A stretch of DNA of 64,000 nt, taken from NCBI GenBank assembly GCA_965217585.1, contig OZ244561.1, forward strand, positions 6,784,001 to 6,848,000, in the 5' to 3' direction. This document shows, one piece after another, positions 58,759 through 64,000 of this stretch. How positions within the stretch are numbered: the stretch's first letter is position 1; every line of letters begins with the position of its first letter. The notes beneath the pieces were generated by a model. It did no database searches. It was not told the origin of the DNA and saw only the letters and a program-made list of their open reading frames with translations. The stretch is from Candidatus Latescibacterota bacterium. GTDB lineage: Bacteria; Latescibacterota; UBA2968; UBA8231. A program made the translations under genes and the position numbers.

Positions 58759-61700
58759 CTACGACTTCTTCGGTCGGCGCAACCCGTACTTCCTCATGCG
58801 ATAGCGCAGCTTCTCCGGGTTCATGCCCAACAAATGCGCCGCACCCCGCTCGCCATAGATCATCCAGTTGGTCGCCTGCAGCGCCTCCACAAGCTGCTGC
58901 TTTTCGTCCAAGCCTGCGCCGACCACTACCGCTGGTGCCACCCCAGCCCCAGCCCGCCGACCAACCGACGGCAGCAGCAAATCACCAACGCGTATTACCC
59001 CGTCCTCACACAACAAAACCGCCCTATTGATCAGGTGCTCCAACTCGCGCACATTCCCCGGCCAAGCATACGCCTGCAAGTGCCCGATCACCCCCTCGTC
59101 TATCGTCGGCACCGGCCGCCGCAGGTGCTGAGCATATCGCTCCGCAAAATGCGCCGCCAAAGCCGGGATATCCTCTTGCCGCTGCCGCAGCGGCGGAAGC
59201 TCTAACGTAAAAACGCTCAGGCGGTAGAATAAGTCTTCGCGGAACGTGCCTTCCTCGATGGCCTGCCGCAAGTCGCGGTTAGTCGCCGCAATGACCCGCA
59301 CATCCACGCTTACAGAATGCTCGCCGCCGACGCGGGTCAGGGCATTCTCCTCTAAGATGTGCAGCAGCACCCGCTGAGACTCCAACGGCAAATCGCCGAT
59401 TTCGTCCAAAAAGAGCGTGCCGCCATCGGCCAGTTCAAAGCGCCCAAGCTGACGGCCCGCCGCCCCGGTAAAGGCCCCTTTCTCATGGCCGAATAACTCG
59501 CTTTCGACCAACCCGGCCGGCAGCGCCCCGCAATTGACGCGGATAAAGGGCCGCTTGCGGCGAGTGCTTGTTTCGTGGATGGTCTGCGCCAGTAAGCCCT
59601 TGCCCGTGCCGGTCTCGCCCAGCACGAGCACGGTCATCGCGGTCTCGGCGACGCGCACGGTCTGTTCCAGCACTTGGCGCATAGCCCAGCTCTCGCTATG
59701 CACGACGTGGTCAGTGGCTCGCAGTGCGTTTTCAAGGGCGTGGATGCGTTCGGTTTTGGCATCAGGTAAAACATGGACCTCCAAACAGGATACCTCGGAC
59801 AGCAGACCATCGCGGTCCATCGTCCGCACCTCAAAGCGGTACTCGCCTACTGGCAAGGCGCTGTACGCGACCGCATCGGCGACCGTAAACGAACTCCACT
59901 GTTCCGTGGGATCGTGGCCTAAAAGGCGATGACTGTAGCGCATTTGCCTCGCGCCAGTGCGAAAGCTGATGCCTTGAAAGTGAATGCGGATTTCAGGCGT
60001 GCTCTCTGGGCAGGATACCGCTTCGGGCGCGGCCAAGCGGGTACCGGCCATAACCTCGCGGATGACCAAGCGCGGCGGGGTGTGTCCCGGCTGGTAGGCG
60101 ACCAGCCCCGCCCGCGTCCCAAACCACATCCGACCGCGACGGTCGCACAGGACGGCTTCGACCTTATTTTCGAGGGCAGATGGCCCCAAGCGGATGCTTT
60201 GGAAGGTCTCGCCGTCGTAGCGGAGGATCCCGCCGCCGCTGGTGCCTATCCAGATATTGCCCTGCGGGTCGGAGGTCAGCGCCAAGATGCCATTAGCCGA
60301 CAGCCCAAACTGTTCAGCGGTAAAGTGGCGCACCTCCCGCGACGAGAGATCAAGGGCGAACAGCCCCTTGGCCGTACCCACCCATAGGGTGTTTTGGTGC
60401 TCCCACAAAACGTTGACATAGGCGATAGACTCTGCTTCGGCCATATCCGCCGGGTGGAAACGACCATTCTCGTAACAGTAGAGTGCCGGCACTCTTCCGT
60501 AGAAACCAACCCAGAATACTCCGTTTTGGTCTTGCAGCAGGGCATGGCACTCGTCGATTAACCATTCGTCGAAGGGGGTGAAGCAATTTTCCTCTATCCA
60601 GCCAAAGCCAAAGCAGCCCCGGAAAATGCCGACCCATATACGCCCTTGCCCATCCTCGCACAGCCCGGAGACTTCTCCGAAGTGGGCCTCTTCGGCCACA
60701 GAGATCGCTTGCGGCGTTTGGCCCTCCCACCTATACACTTGGCCAGTGTCTCCACCGCTCCAAACCTGTCCCTGACCATCCACCACCATCGCCGAGACGA
60801 CTTCACGAGTTCCTACCGGGAGAATTTGGCCCTCTTCCATGCAGGCCATGCCCCCCATCGTGCCAATCCACATCCGACCCTCATGGTCTTCTCCCAAACG
60901 ACGAATCTCGTGGTCGGGTAGGCCGTCGGCTTCGGTGTAGCGGCGGATGCTGGCTAGGTCGCAAAAAATCAGCCCGCCGCCCCAAAGCCCGATCCAGATA
61001 TTGCCCTCGCGGTCCTCGTAGCTCAGGCGCGTATCCGAAAAGTCAATGTCCGGCAAGGAGGCGGAAAGGTGGTACCACTCCTGCCCGTCGTAGCAGATCA
61101 CGCCCCGGTGGGTCAGCCAGAGCCAACCCCTCCCGTCAACTCGAATGTGCCGCGTCCCATTTTGTGCAGCCCTCTCAGCTCTATTGCCCACGTTAATGAG
61201 TGCGAACTGCTCGTTATGTGGATTGTAGCGGCCGATCAAGGCTTCGCTACCCGTATAATGGAAGGCGGTCCACAGATGGCCGGAGGGATCTTGAGCAAAT
61301 TTCCAAGGATCTTGGATTGCTCGGTCGCTGACACCCATGCGCCGTCCATCCAAGCTGAGGACACCTTGGTCCCAAGTCGCCAGCCAAGTGGTACCAGCCG
61401 CGTCGGTGACCATATCGTACACTCGCCCCAACCGTTGGCCACCAACGTCGGTTATGCACTTCATGCAGCGGCCCTCGGCAAACCACGCCACGCCTGCGCC
61501 GGTCAACGCCAAAATCGAGCCATCCGGCTGAGCTTGCAGACCCACAATCTCATTGGAAGGCAAGCCGTGCTCGGTGGTGTACACCTGAAAGCCGCGTCCG
61601 TCGTACGCGGCGATCCCACCGCCGAACGTGCCGAACAAAAGCCGCCCGTCTGCTTCCTCGGCAATGGCCATGACCGTCAGATTGGGCAGACCGTCCTTGA

Positions 61701-61872
61701 GCCCAAACGTATCAAACCGGGCGCTGTCGAACCGGCTGACGCCGCCGTCGGCCGTGGCAATCCAGAGAAAGCCCTGGCGATCTTGGTAGATGTCCTCCAC
61801 GTGCATCCCAGCCAGCCCATCAAAAACCGTGTACTGGCTGCTCAACACATGCTCAAAGGAGATGTCGCTCAT
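58759..61872 (-). CDS. Sigma54-dependent EBP 4 (propeller + Y_Y_Y-like + AAA+ + HTH)
   Basis: Same architecture and motifs, including GAFTGA. Confidence 0.95.
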   Translation of the reverse strand: MSDISFEHVLSSQYTVFDGLAGMHVEDIYQDRQGFLWIATADGGVSRFDSARFDTFGLKDGLPNLTVMAIAEEADGRLLFGTFGGGIAAYDGRGFQVYTTEHGLPSNEIVGLQAQPDGSILALTGAGVAWFAEGRCMKCITDVGGQRLGRVYDMVTDAAGTTWLATWDQGVLSLDGRRMGVSDRAIQDPWKFAQDPSGHLWTAFHYTGSEALIGRYNPHNEQFALINVGNRAERAAQNGTRHIRVDGRGWLWLTHRGVICYDGQEWYHLSASLPDIDFSDTRLSYEDREGNIWIGLWGGGLIFCDLASIRRYTEADGLPDHEIRRLGEDHEGRMWIGTMGGMACMEEGQILPVGTREVVSAMVVDGQGQVWSGGDTGQVYRWEGQTPQAISVAEEAHFGEVSGLCEDGQGRIWVGIFRGCFGFGWIEENCFTPFDEWLIDECHALLQDQNGVFWVGFYGRVPALYCYENGRFHPADMAEAESIAYVNVLWEHQNTLWVGTAKGLFALDLSSREVRHFTAEQFGLSANGILALTSDPQGNIWIGTSGGGILRYDGETFQSIRLGPSALENKVEAVLCDRRGRMWFGTRAGLVAYQPGHTPPRLVIREVMAGTRLAAPEAVSCPESTPEIRIHFQGISFRTGARQMRYSHRLLGHDPTEQWSSFTVADAVAYSALPVGEYRFEVRTMDRDGLLSEVSCLEVHVLPDAKTERIHALENALRATDHVVHSESWAMRQVLEQTVRVAETAMTVLVLGETGTGKGLLAQTIHETSTRRKRPFIRVNCGALPAGLVESELFGHEKGAFTGAAGRQLGRFELADGGTLFLDEIGDLPLESQRVLLHILEENALTRVGGEHSVSVDVRVIAATNRDLRQAIEEGTFREDLFYRLSVFTLELPPLRQRQEDIPALAAHFAERYAQHLRRPVPTIDEGVIGHLQAYAWPGNVRELEHLINRAVLLCEDGVIRVGDLLLPSVGRRAGAGVAPAVVVGAGLDEKQQLVEALQATNWMIYGERGAAHLLGMNPEKLRYRMRKYGLRRPKKS

Positions 61873-61946
61873 ACGCGTCCTTCCGACGATTGGGAGGTCC
61901 CGGCCTTTAACACATGACCTACCCTAAGATACAACCGCCAATAAAA

Positions 61947-62084
61947 AATCCTTTAGGAGGACCCTAAAGGATTGAAAAACATAACACTCAAAATATGAGA
62001 TGATTCTTTTTACGATGCGCAGCTTCAGCCGCCAGCGCAAGGCTTGCCACGACTTTCCGTGTTGGCCGCCTACGACTTTTTCGG
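61947..62084. promoter_or_regulatory. Fifth regulatory cassette (palindrome + one CACG-N6-CGTG + EBP stop-codon-like remnant) lacking the sigma54 box
   Basis: AATCCTTTAGG-AGGAC-CCTAAAGGATT at 61947-61973; CACGACTTTCCGTG at 62048; tacgactttttcgg resembles the EBP 3' end; no TGGCAC box seen before EBP4. Confidence 0.75.
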
Positions 62085-62123
62085 GGCTTGTGGACCGACA
62101 AGGCAGGATTGGTGCGGAAGGGC

Positions 62124-62160
62124 GCGTAGGGACGGCTTGCGCTCCGCACCGCCCCTACGC
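62124..62160. repeat. GTAG-type REP-like imperfect palindrome
   Basis: GCGTAGGGACGG-13nt-CCGCCCCTACGC. Confidence 0.55.
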
Positions 62161-62171
62161 ACGAGACACGA

Positions 62172-63155
62172 TTAACGGGCACCCGTTGAAAGCAGCGCTT
62201 TGATCCGTCCCCACGACTGGGACTCGACGCTCGTAGCAGTAGCTGAAGGGGAAACCGATTGCCAAACGGGATACTCTCCGCCCAAACCGTTGGTCAGATT
62301 GACCAAGTTGCTCCCGTCTATATCAACAGCCCAAATCTCCCCAGTGCCGGGGTAAAAGGAGAGAGAAGTGCCAGAACTGTTGAAAATGGTGTATGAAGTG
62401 AAAGCTACCTTCATGCTGTTGGGTGCCCAAGTAAGGGGAAAACCAGTAGAGGCCCAAGAATCGCCGACATCCCGATAAAAGAGATCGACGGGTTGGCCAG
62501 ACAGGAAAATGGCCGGGACCCTGTCTTCACCGATCACAGGGGGTTCTTCACTGATCATAATGAAGAGGGGTTGGCCATCTTCGTCACCAGCTTGACCATC
62601 TTCGTCACCATGTAGAAAGCCGACGTATGCTCGTTTGGTTCCGTCTGGAGAAAGATGGCGGTGGTCCCAGAAGCGGCGGAGTATCAAAGCCGCCTCCCTC
62701 CATTCCATACCTCTCCATTCCACAAGTGAGGATCCGCTGCCGTCCGGTGCCACGGCAAACATCTCAGAGCGATCCCACACAAAGTAGTAAATGCTTTGGC
62801 CGTCTTCAGACCAAAACAGGTCATCTGCGCTGTTAGGGCCTATTTTTTCAATATGGTCTGTTAGCTGCTTTCGATTGCGACCGTCGGCGTCTAGCACCCA
62901 GATATCCCTACCGGAATAATCGGCACCAACGTCGAGATAGGCTATCTTCGTGCCATCCGGGGACCAAACCGGGCTAGCGCAATGCTGTCCTTGGGTTAGG
63001 TTCACGGGGTCGCTCCCATCCGCATTCATAATCCACACGTCATTGTACCCCTCGCGATAGGAGAGAAATGCTATTTTACCATCGGCTTGCCCCCAGCCTG
63101 CAGCGGCCAACCCCAGCGTTGCCAAGCAGACGATCAGTAGGGATCGATAGTTCAT
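62172..63155 (-). CDS. Secreted TolB-like/PD40 protein with SVESQSWGRIK tail; paralog of 53388-54389
   Basis: Same motifs, highly similar sequence. Confidence 0.88.
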   Translation of the reverse strand: MNYRSLLIVCLATLGLAAAGWGQADGKIAFLSYREGYNDVWIMNADGSDPVNLTQGQHCASPVWSPDGTKIAYLDVGADYSGRDIWVLDADGRNRKQLTDHIEKIGPNSADDLFWSEDGQSIYYFVWDRSEMFAVAPDGSGSSLVEWRGMEWREAALILRRFWDHRHLSPDGTKRAYVGFLHGDEDGQAGDEDGQPLFIMISEEPPVIGEDRVPAIFLSGQPVDLFYRDVGDSWASTGFPLTWAPNSMKVAFTSYTIFNSSGTSLSFYPGTGEIWAVDIDGSNLVNLTNGLGGEYPVWQSVSPSATATSVESQSWGRIKALLSTGAR

Positions 63156-63288
63156 AACGTGGCTCCTTTCAGAAGGTTAGGAATGGGATAAAGCGTTGTA
63201 ATAACGCACTGTACAAAACAGACGAAATCGCGACCCACCTACAGCAATTTGATATCGCTCTTTTCCTTCTTTTTTACGGTCGGATCGG

Positions 63289-64000
63289 CTATTCGAGCTT
63301 GACCATTTTTCGGGTGCGTAGCTGCTCGCCCACGCGTAGCTGATACAAATAGGCTCCAGAAGCGACGGGTCGGCCCTGCCCGTCTCGGCCATCCCAAGTC
63401 AGCCGGTGTTCGCCCGCCGCCAACGGCCCCGACCACACTTGGCGCACAAGCTGTCCCAAGAGGTTGTAGATGGCTACATCCACAGCCTCGGCACCGTCAG
63501 GCACCGATAGGGGGATGGTCGTGGCCGGATTAAACGGATTGGGATAGTTCGCACCCAAGACAAAGTCCGACGGCGTAGCCTGCTCAATGGCGACGGCTGT
63601 GGGCGGACTGCTCTGGTTGATAAAGACGAAAGCCCCACCAGGACCGCCTTCCACATTCTGCCCCAACACGACCAGCTCGGCGGCCCCATCGCCGTTGAGG
63701 TCACCGGCGAGCACCTCGCTGCCTGTGCCCGGCAGCCGGTAGCGGCCTTCGAGGACGGGCACGCCATCGCGCTGGCCGATCAAGACGACCAAGGCCGGAC
63801 CCGTTTCCAAGTTGCCATCGACCAAGGCCACGTCCGGCAGACCATCGCCGTTGAGGTCGCTGACAAGAGGGCGACCTTGCACGTGTACCTGCGAGCCGAG
63901 CAGCGTGTGGCGTGCCACCGCGCCCGAGGGGTCCAGACGCCACAACGCCAAGCCGTGGTAGGTGTGTGCGGTTAGCTCGGTGATCCCAACTAAATCCACC
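63289..64000 (-). CDS. FG-GAP/VCBS protein with CTD (KMVKLE class), 5' end outside window
   Basis: SDLNGDGLPD, AGDLNGDG, LGANYPNPFNP...RKMVKLE. Confidence 0.88.
   Translation of the reverse strand, partial: VDLVGITELTAHTYHGLALWRLDPSGAVARHTLLGSQVHVQGRPLVSDLNGDGLPDVALVDGNLETGPALVVLIGQRDGVPVLEGRYRLPGTGSEVLAGDLNGDGAAELVVLGQNVEGGPGGAFVFINQSSPPTAVAIEQATPSDFVLGANYPNPFNPATTIPLSVPDGAEAVDVAIYNLLGQLVRQVWSGPLAAGEHRLTWDGRDGQGRPVASGAYLYQLRVGEQLRTRKMVKLE

Noticed and set aside
53388-63155. Assigning gene symbol tolB (or fhlA/ntrC to the EBPs, tlpA to the thioredoxins)
   Set aside because: Only family-level similarity; they lack the TolB N-terminal domain and tol-pal context, or the GAF/receiver domains, so orthology is unsupported
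1-64000. Integron cassette array (all genes co-oriented)
   Set aside because: No integrase and no recurring attC-like RYYYAAC...GTTRRRY hairpins seen between genes; junctions are paralog remnants instead
1-64000. Whole array as a metagenomic misassembly of strain variants
   Set aside because: Paralogs and remnants each carry private substitutions, indels and distinct junctions, which argues for real duplications; local chimerism cannot be excluded without long reads
1-64000. rRNA, tRNA, IS elements or prophage genes
   Set aside because: None recognised; coding space is accounted for by the listed families and intergenic gaps are short or explained by remnants

Overview
Bacterial, moderately GC-rich window in which essentially every credible gene (about 38 genes and pseudogenes) lies on the minus strand. 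It is a tandem, repeatedly duplicated and deleted array built around four paralogous ~1040-aa sigma54 enhancer-binding proteins (EBPs). Each EBP has an N-terminal two-component-regulator beta-propeller plus Y_Y_Y-like domain, an AAA+ domain with GAFTGA, and a Fis-type HTH, with no visible signal peptide or TM helix. Directly downstream of each EBP is the same regulatory cassette with near-identical geometry: 20-21-bp-phased (C/T)ACG-N6-CGT(G/A) repeats, then an 11-bp-arm palindrome AATCCTTTAGG-N4/5-CCTAAAGGATT, then a -24/-12 sigma54 promoter. Each promoter heads a different block of exported proteins, and three of the four blocks run into the next EBP gene. The cargo comprises 12 FG-GAP/VCBS propeller genes or pseudogenes (N-terminal CBM-like domain, C-terminal YPNPFNP FlgD-Ig/T9SS-like sorting domain), TolB/PD40-like proteins ending in an 'SVExQSWGxIK' tail, TlpA-type thioredoxins with an inserted helical repeat, DUF4159 proteins, STAS-like proteins, a plant-type LRR lipoprotein, a Cys-rich secreted protein, a TPR protein and a glycosyltransferase. 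Many 30-500 bp gene remnants lie between them. The protein families suggest an FCB-group organism such as Latescibacterota, possibly host-associated (inference only). No rRNA, tRNA, CRISPR, transposase, integrase or reverse transcriptase was recognised. All domain calls are from motif recognition by eye, not database searches.
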